Of a stretch of DNA of 42,017 bases, positions 11,714 to 22,799 are shown piece by piece; within the stretch, counting starts at the first letter, position 1; the number at the start of each line of letters is the position of its first letter. This DNA is from Chiloscyllium plagiosum (Eukaryota), in NCBI RefSeq assembly GCF_004010195.1, contig NC_057718.1, positions 53,323,015-53,365,031 on the forward strand. The letters run 5' to 3'. Position numbers and translations under genes: made by a program. Below the pieces are notes generated by a model. The model had not been told where the DNA came from. It saw only the letters and a program-made list of their open reading frames with translations, and made no database searches.

Positions 11714-11813
11714 CAGAAACAAAAACATAAACTGGTGAAAAAGCTCAACAGGTCTGGCAGCATCTGTGGAGACAAATCAGAGTTAACGTCTTAGGTCTAG
11801 TTACCCTTCTTCC
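11714..11813 (-). mobile_element. PLE family-2 terminal fragment
   Basis: aacaggtctggcagcatctgtggagacaaatcagagttaacg; reverse complement gaagaagggtaactagacctaagacgttaac is a decayed hammerhead core; homologous to 22718-22785 and 27899-27992. Confidence 0.65.
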
Positions 11814-12040
11814 AATATGTCACAGTAAGTTATAAGAGTTTCAATCTCTTTGAAATCTTTGGCCATCGCACTGTGGTTTGAACGCTGGACATATACCTGA
11901 TCATGCCTAAGTGTACATGTGCATTATTTTCAATCACAACTAACCATATTGTTTTCTGGTTTGGATTGTTTGCTGCAGCAACCTTTTTTGCTTTGTGCTG
12001 AATTTAGAGTCTGTCTAGAGGATGGATCATGGGTAAATTT

Positions 12041-12250
12041 AAATAGCCGAGGCATATGTCTATGGTAGTTTCTTGCATGTCAGCAACAGGTAAAAATTAC
12101 ATGAACTCACTAGACACAATTACTTGGTAAAAACAATGACTGCAGATGCTGGAAACCAGATTCAAATAGCCGAGGCATATGTCTATGGTAGTTTCTTGCA
12201 TGTCAGCAACAGGTAAAAATTACATGAACTCACTAGACACAATTACTTGG
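12041..12250. repeat. 87-bp perfect direct duplication flanking a 36-bp PLE 3' tail (minus strand)
   Basis: 12041-12127 is identical to 12164-12250; spacer 12128-12163 is the reverse complement of 3746-3781 with one mismatch. Confidence 0.95.
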
Positions 12251-12637
12251 GTCTATCAGGAGCTATGCAGATGGTATACAATCCTCTCAGAAATTGGTAC
12301 AGATCTCAATTGCCTCCACCCAGGAGTGTGTGAAACCATCAGACTGAGTTAAGCTTAATGCAGCATGAACATTATTTCCTTCAAATTCATTATCTTATCA
12401 ACATTGCCAGCATTTCTGTTATTTGTTTGGTTTTCTGTGTGGGCCTCTGAAGTTCATGCACAGCAGCAACTTCTGGAACTGAAAGACAATGCTGCAAACA
12501 GCATCGGCGTGTTGATCTCCAAGGGCAGACAGTCGGAAGGGCTGCAAGCACATGAGCAGCAGTGCAGTTCAGTAGGTAATAATGGACCTTGGAGTTATGA
12601 TATAAATAATGCTGGTCTTGCTAATGTTGATCTAGCT

Positions 12638-12793
12638 TAGCGCACACCCTGTCCAACGTAACCTGTCTAAGTTTGTTTTTACCCTACAATCTGTATGTCC
12701 TTGCTTACTATGACCTGCCTGTACCGCTCGTAAACAAAGCTTTTCACTGTAATTGGGTACATGTGACAATAAATAAATCAAACCAAATCAATC
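12638..12793 (+). mobile_element. Rex1/Babar-like LINE 3' UTR fragment
   Basis: ctgcctgtaccgctcgtaaacaaagcttttcactgt...acatgtgacaataaa(taaatc)n, similar to 16975-17055. Confidence 0.75.
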
Positions 12794-13089
12794 GTTTGCT
12801 CCACACTGAGTTGTCCTATGAATAAATATATGAGGAAGCAAGGAAGAAAGAATTCCAATGATATCTTCAGATGAAAAAAGGTGGATGAGTTTCAAGTAAC
12901 TGCTAACATGGGCAAAATGGCTTTTTTTGATGTTTTGATCCTTGTGTAGAACAGCAAAATGAAAGAAAGAGATTTAACAAGTGACCTCAGAGAAAGACAA
13001 TGTACAATATTTCACTCTTTTATGCATTTGTGTTTAATAATCAAATTGAAATTAATATAAATTAATGGTAATATAAACCATAATGTACA

Positions 13090-13381
13090 TTTAGAATCAT
13101 AGATTCCCTACAGTAAAGTGCCACTTAACCCATTCAGTCTGCAGCAACCTTCCGAATAGCATCCCACCCTATCCCCATAACCCTGCACTTACTATGGCTA
13201 ATACACCTAGCCTGCCATCCCTGAACACCACAGGGCAATCTAGTGCGGCCAATCTACCTTATCTGTACATCTTTGGACTGTGAGAGGAAATTGGAGCACC
13301 CAGAGGATACCCAAGCAGACACGGGGAGAATGTGCAAACTCCATACAGCCAGTTACCCGAGGCCAGAATTGAACTTGGGTT
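13090..13381 (-). mobile_element. HE1-type V-SINE (5'-truncated)
   Basis: Reverse-complement V-domain (ggactgtgagaggaaa...cacggggagaatgtgcaaactcca). Confidence 0.9.
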
Positions 13382-13441
13382 TATATTTTGTAGCTCCCAA
13401 TTTTGCATACTGTGAACCTTGGATGCAAGATGGTGCCAGAT

Positions 13442-13610
13442 ATAGTCATTGTCATAGAGTCATAGTCATAGAGATGTACAGCATGGAAACAGACCCTTCG
13501 GTCCAACCCGTCCATGCCGACCAGATATCCCAACCCAATCTAGTCCCACCTGCCAGCACCCGGCCCATATCCCTCCAAACCCTTCCTATTCATATACCCA
13601 AATGCCTCTT
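13442..13610 (-). mobile_element. HER1/CR1 LINE 3' end, probably nested in the Rex1 5' region
   Basis: (catagagt)n tail, then gatgtacagcatggaaacagacccttcggtccaac...ggcccatatccctccaaacccttcc. Confidence 0.9.
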
Positions 13611-14237
13611 GCAAGCTCCTGCATGCAGATCTAAGTTTCCTATTCCCTACGATTGTTCTACACTCTTTAAACTTAATAGCATACTTTTAAAAATTACTAA
13701 TAGTTTTATCTAAACTCACAGGTTTGAAGCTCCTCTGATCCAGCTTACTAGATGAAGGCAGCAGACCACGCGGTGCCCATGACCCATCCGACCACTGCAG
13801 AAGAAGGCCAGGCCAGCCAGAAGCAGCCTCCGTGAGCCTCAGGCTTGGGGCCTGCCAGAAAATCGAGGGACCCGAGAGACCTGCCCCAGGAAGGAGAACC
13901 GACACGAAACGCTCCCGGTCTCATAAGACATTCTATCAGAATGTACCAGGAGAGCAGCCCAAACACTTCTGCAAAAAACGTGGCCGGACCTGTAGCAACA
14001 AATCGTCAGCAACTGAAACCAGGAACTTCTCCATTGGGTCCTAAGCAAACACCCTCCGGTTAAAAAAAAAACACACAGTAAATTACCTGCTACACTGGGT
14101 CCTAAGCAGACCCTCTGCAAAAACACACTAAACTGCAGCCTACCTGCTCCACAAAGTCCAAGGAAGGATCACTTAATTGGAAGCAGTCACAATCCACTCC
14201 ACCAGACCACTGGACCACTCAAGTGTAAGAAACCTAC

Positions 14238-16896
14238 AAGGAAGCGGGGTAAGCATGCCAGTCTGTGAGTCTGACTGAAACTACATGGTTTCAAGACCTC
14301 CCTTCCTAGCTTACTCTTAGCAAATGTACAATCTCTGGAGAACAAGATGGACAAACTCAGATCATGGCTCAGCTTCTAGCATGAACTGCGGGACTGCTGC
14401 GCACTCTGCTTCACAGAAACCTGCCTCAACCCATCCATTCCTGACTCCTCACTTCAGGCTGATGGTTTTTCTATCCATCGTATGGACCGTACAGCATCCT
14501 TGGGTAAGATAAAAGGTGGAGGGGTTTGCTTTTTAATCAACAACTTGTGATACATGGGCATTGCAACCCTGGGCAGCCATTGGTCCCCAAACCTTGAACT
14601 CCTCACCATCAAATGCTGCCCCTTCTGTCTACCACGGGAATTTACTACTGCTATACTAACTGCTGTGTACATACCGCGACAAGCAAAGGTTGAGAAAGCT
14701 TTAGATGTGCTGTACTCCACCATTACCACCCTGGAGAGGGAACACCCTGAGGCCCTGTTTATTGTAACTGGTGATTTCAATCAAGCCAATCTAAGGAAGG
14801 TGTTGACCAAGTACCACCAGAACATTACCTGCTCCACCTGGGCCCTGAATATTTTAGACCACTGCTACACCACTGTGAAGGATGCTTATCGCTCCATTCC
14901 CCGCCCTCATTTCAGGAACACCAACCACAATGCCATGCTTCTTCTCCCGGCTTACAGGCAAAAGCTCAAGCAGGAGACCCCCTCGCAGATACAGGTTGAG
15001 CGCTGGCCGGAGGAGGGAGAGGATCAACTCCATTGCTGTCTGGAATCGGCTGATTGAACATGGCCCAAACAGTCCACAGGTCCCTTGGACAAGTAAGCCA
15101 CCACCATCACAGACATTATCAGCAAGTGTATGGAGAACTGCATACCAAGGACGTTAATTCAGATGTTCCCCAACAAGAAACCTGGATGAATCAGGACATA
15201 CGGAACATGCTAAAAACCAGGCATGAGGCCTTCAGATCAGGAAACCCACTCAAATATAAGGAATCCAAGTATGACCTTCGCAGAGCCATTAAGACAGCCA
15301 AGGTCCAATCCTGATCCAAGCCAGAGACCCAGACAGACACCCGGACACTATGGCAAAGACTGAATGACATCACAGGTTCTAAAAAGAGATAGTGCAAGAT
15401 AGCAGACGATGACATATCCCTCCCAAATCATTGCAATGCCTTCTATGCTCATTTTGAGCAGAATTGCGGCGGAGAGATAACACCTTTTCCGACAAGTCCT
15501 GACGAACCTATCCGAACAGTCACTGCATCGGAGGTCAGATCAGTTTTCCTTCGTGTGAATCCAAGGAAAGCAATGGGACCAGATGGAGTACCAGGCTGTG
15601 CACTCCGAGCATGCACAGATCAACTGGCAGATGTCTTCTCGGACATCTTCACCCTCTCCCTGCAGTAGGCCACTGTCCCTGCCTGTTTCAAGAGGGCCAA
15701 CATCATTGCTGTGCCTAAGAAGGCTCATGCAACATGTCTCAATGACTACCACCCAGTGGCCCTAACTGCGGTGGTCATGAAATGCTTTGAATGGCTGGTC
15801 ATGGCATTAATCAACTCCAGCCTCCTCACTATTCTTGACTCACTCCAATTTGCCTATCGGACCAACAGTTCCATGTCAGGTGCCATATCACTTGCCTTTC
15901 ACTCCTCCCTCAAACATCTTGACACCAATAACAGCAATGTAAGAATCCTACTCATTGACTACAGTTCAGTCTTCAACACTATTATTCCCTCGAGACTGAT
16001 TACTTAACTTAGTGATCTCGGACTAAGCCCCACTCTCAGCAACTGGATCCTCGGTTTCCTGACCCACAGGCAACAATCAGTTAAGATTTGGGACAATATT
16101 TCATTGTCACTAACACTCAACACTGGAGCACTCCAGGGGTGCGTACTCAGCCCCCTACTGTGCTCACTGTATACCCATGACTGCTTCACCAAATACCAGA
16201 CTAATGCCATTTACACGTTTGCTGATGATACCTCCATAGTTGGTTGAATCTCAGATGGCGACGAAACAGATGACAGACGGGAGGTGGAAGATCTGGAAAA
16301 ATGATGCACTGAGAACAACCTAGCTCTCAAGGCCGGCAAAACCAAGGAACTCATTATTGAATTTCGGCAGAATGTTTCTCATGCCCCCCTGCACATTAAC
16401 AGCACAGAAGTGGAACGAGTGGAGAGTGTCAAGCTCCTGGGAGTGGTCATCCACAACAAGCTTTCTTGGACTCTTCATGTGGACACACTGATTACAAAAG
16501 CCCAACAACATCTCTTCTTCCTCAGGCAGCTGAGAAAATTTGGCATGACGGCGAATACCCTTGCCAACTTTTATAGGTGCGCCATCGAGAGCATTCTGTC
16601 TGGATGTATCACTACCGGGTATGGCAACTTACCATTCAAGATCTGCCATGGTTACAGAGAGTGGTGAACTCGGCCCAGACAATCACAATCTCCCATCTAT
16701 AGAATCCATCCACCAGGCCCGCTGTCAAGGAAAGGCCGCCAGCATTCTCAAAGGTCCATCCCACCCTGGCAAAGTTTTTCTACAACCTCTACCATCAGGG
16801 AGAAGGTACAGAAGCCTGAACAAAAGCACCAGCCAGTTTCGTAACAGTTTCTACCCTAATGTTGTTAGAATACTGAATGGACTCACAAACTCTTAA
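14238..16896 (+). pseudogene. Rex1 ORF (apurinic endonuclease + reverse transcriptase), multiple stops and frameshifts
   Basis: RKRGK, LLLANVQSLENK, FTET, GGGVC, VYIP, GDFN, LDHCY (APE); [41 protein letters not shown] at 16218-16229 (RT); KAQQHLFFLRQLRKF (DUF1891-like). Confidence 0.92.
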
Positions 16897-19223
16897 CATT
16901 CGCCTGTACCTGCATTTCTGTTTTTGCCGCTGTTTATCTATTATTTACTTATCTATGCTACTTAACTATGTATTCTGCCTGTATTGCTTAAAAAACAAAA
17001 CTTTTCACTGTGCTTCGTTACACATGACAATAAATTCAATTCAATTCAATTCAATGTGGAGTGCTCTTCCTTCTCCCGTAAAGGTTTTCCATGGCAAAGT
17101 TTCAGCCCAAGAACAACAGTCTGTATCACAGTCGCCCACAATCACCTCTCAGATGAACATAGTTGCGATCCTGAATATGATCAATAGCTACTTGAGCTTT
17201 CATTTTGGTTCTTCTCTCCAAATCTGTATTAAATCACTCCAGCCTATCAGACGTCATCACACTCTGCCGTAAGTCCTATGTAATTTTTTTATTTTGGATT
17301 ATTGATAGAATTACATATGTCCCAGATGCATTTTATTTTCTTGGCATAACCAATTTATATTGCTTGAGAATCTATGTCAACAAAGCGTGGGAAACATATG
17401 ATGGAAATAAACCAAGATATTTGATATTACTGCGCACAATGCAATAAAAAAAGGCAGAGTAGGAGTTCTAGGTATTTCCTTATTACCCCATTCTGCAATG
17501 TCACTACATACCTCTGGAGAAGGTTGGACTTGACGTCAGGCCTCATTGTTTCAGAAGTCAGGAACACTACCACTACGTCACAAGAAGAAGTTCAGTAATG
17601 GGTTAGCATGCTGACCTTTGATCTGTGAGCAGAGTTTAAGCAAGCTCAGTTTGCTCGCAGATGCTTTTTATCAATTATTTCAATTTTCTCATCAACCTGC
17701 TCAGAGATGTTATTATACATCTCTGGTGGGACTTCAACTCTGGCCTCCTGGTTGGAGGTAGGGATACTACCGACGCACCATAAAAGATTTAATCAACTCA
17801 AGTGAAATGACTTTGAGCAGATTCAATATATGATAAAACCTAAAGAGCTCTTGAGGCACAGTGATAGCATCCCTCGTCTGGCTCTGATTCAAGTCCCACC
17901 TTCTCCAGAGGTGTATCCCTGAATACATTGATTAAACAGCTTTCTTCTCACCAGCAAATCACCCGTGGTACTTTTCATCTATTATTCACCAGCACTAAAT
18001 AACCCAGGTTCCAATTAATCAAGTTATGTGCAAATCTCACCAAGCTCAATGCAATCTGCCAGGGATGGAGATGGTTAACTCAGAACTGGAGTTGGAAGAG
18101 AAAATATAGAACTCCATCCCCTGCAGTGCCCTGATCAGGTCGATTAGAAATATCTGCACAATGAACTTCAGCATGCAATTGCCTTTAATTAGGAATTAAA
18201 TTGGCTCAAAGATGTCCATCATCAGCAACATTTATAACAGTGATGTTAACTTGGTTATGGGACAATTTCTTTCCCTTGTTCTCACTGGGTAAAATGTCAT
18301 GTAAAGTTTCTACTCTACACATTCTTTATTTCATCAAATGTCAAGTTGCATATTTGTGGTCCATTTAAATCTTCAAAATCCAGTTTATCAGATGAATTGA
18401 TGAAACTATTGTGACATCTCTGATTCCAGAGGGATGCATGTCTTTCAGCAATTTGAGCTTTCCTGCGCTACCATTGCCTATCTGTCATCACTAAATTGAC
18501 AAAACATTATGAAAACAGCAACTATTTATATTCGTAGCCATCAGTTAGTCCAGTGCAGCAGGGTAGCAGAAGCGATGACAATGTGGATAGAATTATGCTT
18601 CATTCGGAGATGTGCAAAGTGTACAGATGCAGAGAAATGCTTTCAAGGCTGAAGAAAGTTACTAACTCAAGTAATGGTACATGCTGTTGCATGTTTTAAA
18701 TGACAGCGCACAATTCTGTTTTGTGTAAACATGCTGTAAAATTCAGTTCCAGTGCTGATAGTTTCAGCAGGGTGGGTGTCAGTTTAGAAGCAAAATGGCA
18801 TCTGTGCTGTTTCCACCCACTTCTAGCAGAGCCCACACTGAGCACCATTCTGGTGAGGGGATGTAAGTGCACACATTATATGAGGGCACTAGAAGTATAC
18901 ATAGTAGGCTGATCATGACATTAGTCAGCATCTAATGTTGATTTGATGCCAATATTGCCAGTTTGCAATTCTCTACTGAAATTACCACCCTCTTGTGTTC
19001 AACAGCAGTAAAGACCTGCCCAGCAGCATTATTTAAGGATGGTATGCATTCACCAATTTGAAATGAATTGCTTATTAGTTTCTATTGACTTTGCATGATT
19101 TTATCCAAGTGTTCTGTGATTGGACGAGATGCTTAAATCTGACAGAAAATGCAAGGGGTAAAGAAGGCATTGGGCTCCTCCCACAGGTGTTCAACCTATC
19201 TGCCCTGGCTGCTAATATTAGCA

Positions 19224-19418
19224 CTGAAAATGTGTTGTGGAAAAGCGCAGCAGGTTAGGCAGCATCCAAGGAGCAGGAGAATCGACGATTCCTGAAGAAG
19301 GGCTCATGCCCGAAACGTCGATTCTCTTGCTCCTTGGATGCTGCCTGATCTGCTGCGCTTTTCCAGCAACACATTTTCAACTCTGATCTCCAGCATCTGC
19401 AGTCCTCACTTTCTCCTC
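19224..19418 (+). mobile_element. PLE fold-back insertion with hammerhead motif
   Basis: Inverted arms ~19225-19287 and ~19316-19379; PLE tail ccagcatctgcagtcctcactttctcc; 15-bp TSD ctgctaatattagca at 19209-19223 and 19419-19433. Confidence 0.9.
19288..19325 (+). ncRNA. Minimal hammerhead ribozyme motif, intact core
   Basis: CUGAAGA (19292-19298), A, GGGC/UCAU/GCCC, GAA, ACGU, C17 at 19319; helix I weak. Confidence 0.6.
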
Positions 19419-19589
19419 CTGCTAATATTAGCAGACGTCCTTGGGAAGCAAAATGAAAGAGGATAGTGCAGAAGCAATGAAGAATGAAGAGAAACTGCTC
19501 ACAGCAAGAGGAGCAACAAGGGGGTAAGGGATCTCATCTAGAAGATTCATCTAGGGTAATTCAAGAGAATTTGTCATACCCATGGGAAC

Positions 19590-20330
19590 AAGATCAGTTG
19601 TTCAGTATATGAGATTGACCAAGGAGTTTCTCATTCAAATCTGCCACCTTTTGCAATCAGATCTGCAGCTCTAGATCCATGCAAGGACATAGCCAACAAT
19701 ACCATGAGGGTGACTATGGTCCTCAACTTCAGTATGCAGGATCCATCCAAGCTGTAAGGAGTGATATAATTAAATCTCACAGCTCGATGCCCATTGCTGC
19801 ATCTGGGAGGATGTAAGCTCATAGACTTTCCTGTGAACAAAGCTTGCCTGTGGCTTTGCAAGGCTCGTGAGTTTCCCTGGGGCTTACTGCAAACAATAGC
19901 AGTGTAAGAATGGCATTGCAGTTCTGATATGTATCCTAATCATAAAGTTTACAATGTTCTCAATGTGCAGTTGGTGCGCAACCACAGCCGGTTTGTCAAG
20001 CTAGTGGACAACTGCTGTCTCGTTAACAGGTCTGATGTGTTCATCTTGTAACAGTCCATGTGTTCCAGAAATCTCAGCTATTTCATTAAATAAAAGCTGC
20101 TCCATGTCAAGGGCTAAGTTTCTTGCATCTGGCTGATGGAGACGCTCTGTAACCCATAGAATGAGCTGTGCTGCCTCATATAACATTATCAACCAGATGC
20201 TAGGGTTGCTGAAGCAGAAGTTTCACACCTTGATTGATCTGGCAAACATTCTCATATTTGCCAAAATGGATGCCACAGTTTTTTAATGTGTTACATTCTC
20301 CACAATCATCAGAGACAATCTCAGGAAAGG
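19590..20330 (+). pseudogene. PIF/Harbinger (HARBI1-like) DDE transposase fossil
   Basis: With frameshifts: MRLTKEFLIQICHLLQSDLQ; RVTMVLNF..AGSIQA; SQLDAHCCIWE; NHKVYNVLNVQLV; SDVFIL; KLLHVKG*..WLM; IINQMLGLLKQKF; CYILHN. These are colinear with HARBI1-family motifs (NRKGFHSLNVQ, HDS, LGDKGY, IERTIGLLK.RF, CCALHN). Confidence 0.8.
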
Positions 20331-20424
20331 GTGACGAGGAAGAAGAAAAGGAGAAGCAGACAGAATAGGGATAGCTGTCAGATCCAGCTGGTGCAGACAG
20401 GTTCCTCAGTATACCACAATCCAT

Positions 20425-20932
20425 TGTCGATTGTTTTTAGTTTTAGTTTTCAGCAGCTGTTGCTGGGATCTCAGCAGCAATTGGAAGCTACAGTACAACT
20501 CTCCCCAACACACTCTCTCAGAGTTTTCCCTTGAGGTTTTTTTTCCCTCTCTCGGTTGTAGCAAACAGCTGTGAGTTCTTTTCATGTGCTAGAATAGCAT
20601 GTGAGACCACCTGTTTTTCTGTTTGCCTTTTACCAGGGATGTGTTTATGGGATGCTGTTATATTGAAACGGTTAATTATCAATAGTTACTATATCTATTA
20701 CTTTCTTAAGCGTTTTAATAGCGTTACAGCTGAGCCAATTCTTTTGTTTTTGTTGTTGTTGCGTTTTAACTATAGTGTATGAATAAATTGTGTTTAACTT
20801 AATGTCGAGTAGTTTGATCAATAGAATATCATCTGGGATGCAGCACCTTATGTTTATCTTTAAAATAAGAAGCAGTTAGCATCTAGACAATCTTCTGAAC
20901 ATTTTGAGGGGAGTTTGGTTTGGTCCATAACA
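20425..20932 (+). mobile_element. Probable partial solo LTR
   Basis: Abrupt T-rich block with aataaa at 20782 and a terminal ...ggtccataaca (LTR-like CA end); no 5' TG or TSD identified. Confidence 0.45.
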
Positions 20933-21309
20933 AATTGAACATCACTTTGGCACAGGCTCCACACTGTCCATGTGAGATCCTTTGTGCCAAGTTGCATTCC
21001 GAGTGATTCCTATTCCTTGGCAGCGACATCCGCCTTTTTGGTAGGCCTTACAAAACATCAAAATATTTCATTTTGTCAACCCATCAGCATTTTGCTGTAG
21101 GATGCGCGAGTGAAATCTTCAGCTCAACATATCTCCAGCATGTGCAATCTTGCTCTCTGGAAAGCAAGGTTTTTTTGGGCCTCAGCTGTTGGCGACTCAT
21201 GGTCTGAACTACTGCCTGTTCAAGTGTCAGATTGTAGATATCTGAAAGCAATAAGGCACAGAGGCCAGATTGGGGTCAAGGTTTCTGAATTTTCTCATTG
21301 GCATGATCA

Positions 21310-22715
21310 ATGCTTAGTGCCTATCTCCATTTGTCCTTGAATGGTGTTGATGAGCTGTGGGTAAGGATGATGGGGATAAGTGCACCTATAGTACTGTCAT
21401 AGAGGGGATTCTATGATTGTGACCCTGCAAAGATGAAAAAAACAGCAATATAGTTTCTATTCAGGATGATGTGTGAGTTGGAGAAGAACTCGCAGGTGCT
21501 GGTACCCCATGCATCTATAACCCTTTTCCTTTTAGGATAGGAGAGGTGGGGGATTTGGAACATGTCATCAAAGCACTCTCAGTGACTTGCTGCAGTGCAT
21601 CTTTTAAATGGTAAACTGCTGTCAGGGTACATCAGTGGATGTCTAAGTTTGTGGATATGGTGCCCATCAAATAGTCTGCTTTTTGCCTGGATGGTGTTGA
21701 GCTTCTTGATTGCTTTTGTAGAAGCACACAGCCAGATAAAGGGAGAGTATTTCATCACATCCCAAATCATATTTAGTAGTTTATGGACAGGCTTTGGGGA
21801 GTGAGGAGGTAAGTAACTCGCTACAGAATTCCCAGCCTCTGACATGCTTTCATAGTTATAGAATATATGTGTCGTCCAGTTCAGTTACAGTTGCTATCTA
21901 GTTAATGGTAATATCCAGGATGTTGATAGGGGTCCAGTGATGATAATGCCTCTGAGTGTTAAGTAGAAATTTCTAAATGCTCTCTTGTTGGAGATGTTCA
22001 TTGCTTGGTACTCATGCGATGTTAATGTTGTTACTACGTGTCAGAGGACCAGTGAATATTGTACAGGTCTTGCTGCATATGGACATGGACTGCTTCCGTG
22101 TCTGAGGAGTTGCAAAAGGTACTGAACATTGTTTAATCATGATTGGCAGCCCCACTTCTGACCTTATGTTGGAGGGAACGTCGGTGCTCTGGCATCTGAA
22201 AATTGAAGGTGGGATTAAGTTACTAGCCAGAGGGATTCCTGTAGAAATATCCTGGGACTGGGGTAGTTAGCTTTCAATGACCAAAACTTTCTCCTTTTAT
22301 GAAAGCAATGCCTCCAGGCATAAAGAGCGTTCACCTAGATTCCCAGATACCTTCAGCTTTGATAGAGCTCCTTGATGCCACACACAGTCAAATGTCCTCT
22401 TGATGTCAAGGACAATCACTCTCACCTCACCCTTAGAGTTCATTCTGTCCATGCTTGGACCAAAGCTACAATGATGTCAGGAACTGAATGGCCCCAGCAG
22501 AATCCAAACTGAGTGTAAGTGAAAAGCCCTTTGCTGTGTAACAGCTGTATAATAGGATTGTCAATGACACCTTCCATCACTTGCTGTTTATTCTGAATAG
22601 ACAAAAAAAGCTGTTATTGATTTTGTTGGATTTGACCTGCTTTTTGGGACAAGAGATACCTGGTTAGGTTTCATACTCCTGGGTAGGTGCCAGTGTTAGA
22701 GCTGCACAGGAACAG
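21310..22715 (-). mobile_element. Old CR1/L2-type LINE, RT and 3' region
   Basis: Minus-strand LPPHSPKPVHK...WDVMKYSPFIW...IKKLNTIQAK; VIVLDIK.TFDCVWH and PSG*.L motifs; homologous to 8460-9325. Confidence 0.8.
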
Positions 22716-22717
22716 CT

Positions 22718-22785
22718 GAAACAAAAATAGACATTGCTGGAAAAATTCAGTAAGTCTGGCAGCATCCATGGAGCGAAATCAGTTA
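22718..22785 (-). mobile_element. PLE family-2 terminal fragment
   Basis: gaaacaaaaatagacattgctggaaaaattcagtaagtctggcagcatccatggag. Confidence 0.6.
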
Positions 22786-22799
22786 TTTCAGCAATTTCC

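Larger units (their letters stand above)
13426..17055 (+). mobile_element. Rex1/Babar-clade non-LTR retrotransposon, near full length
   Basis: Putative 5' end caagatggtgcc (uncertain), GC-rich leader, APE+RT ORF, 3' UTR with aataaa and (ttcaa)n tail at ~17034-17055. Confidence 0.85.

Noticed and set aside
12041..12250. Repeat-spacer-repeat layout with a 36-bp spacer, superficially CRISPR-like
   Set aside because: Eukaryotic DNA, only two 87-bp repeats, the spacer is a PLE tail, and there are no cas genes
12365..12640. 91-aa ORF with a signal-peptide-like hydrophobic N-terminus
   Set aside because: No recognisable family or splice context; it abuts repeats and hydrophobic ORFs are common in T-rich DNA
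16410..16667. ORF containing a DUF1891 / 'ALKBH8 N-terminal'-like motif (KAQQHLFFLRQLRKF)
   Set aside because: It is the normal C-terminal part of the Rex1 RT ORF, not a host ALKBH8 gene
17990..18160. Possible LF-SINE-like remnant, plus nearby tRNA-SINE heads at 17520-17930
   Set aside because: Too diverged to support by eye; the A/B-box-like pieces are not real tRNA genes
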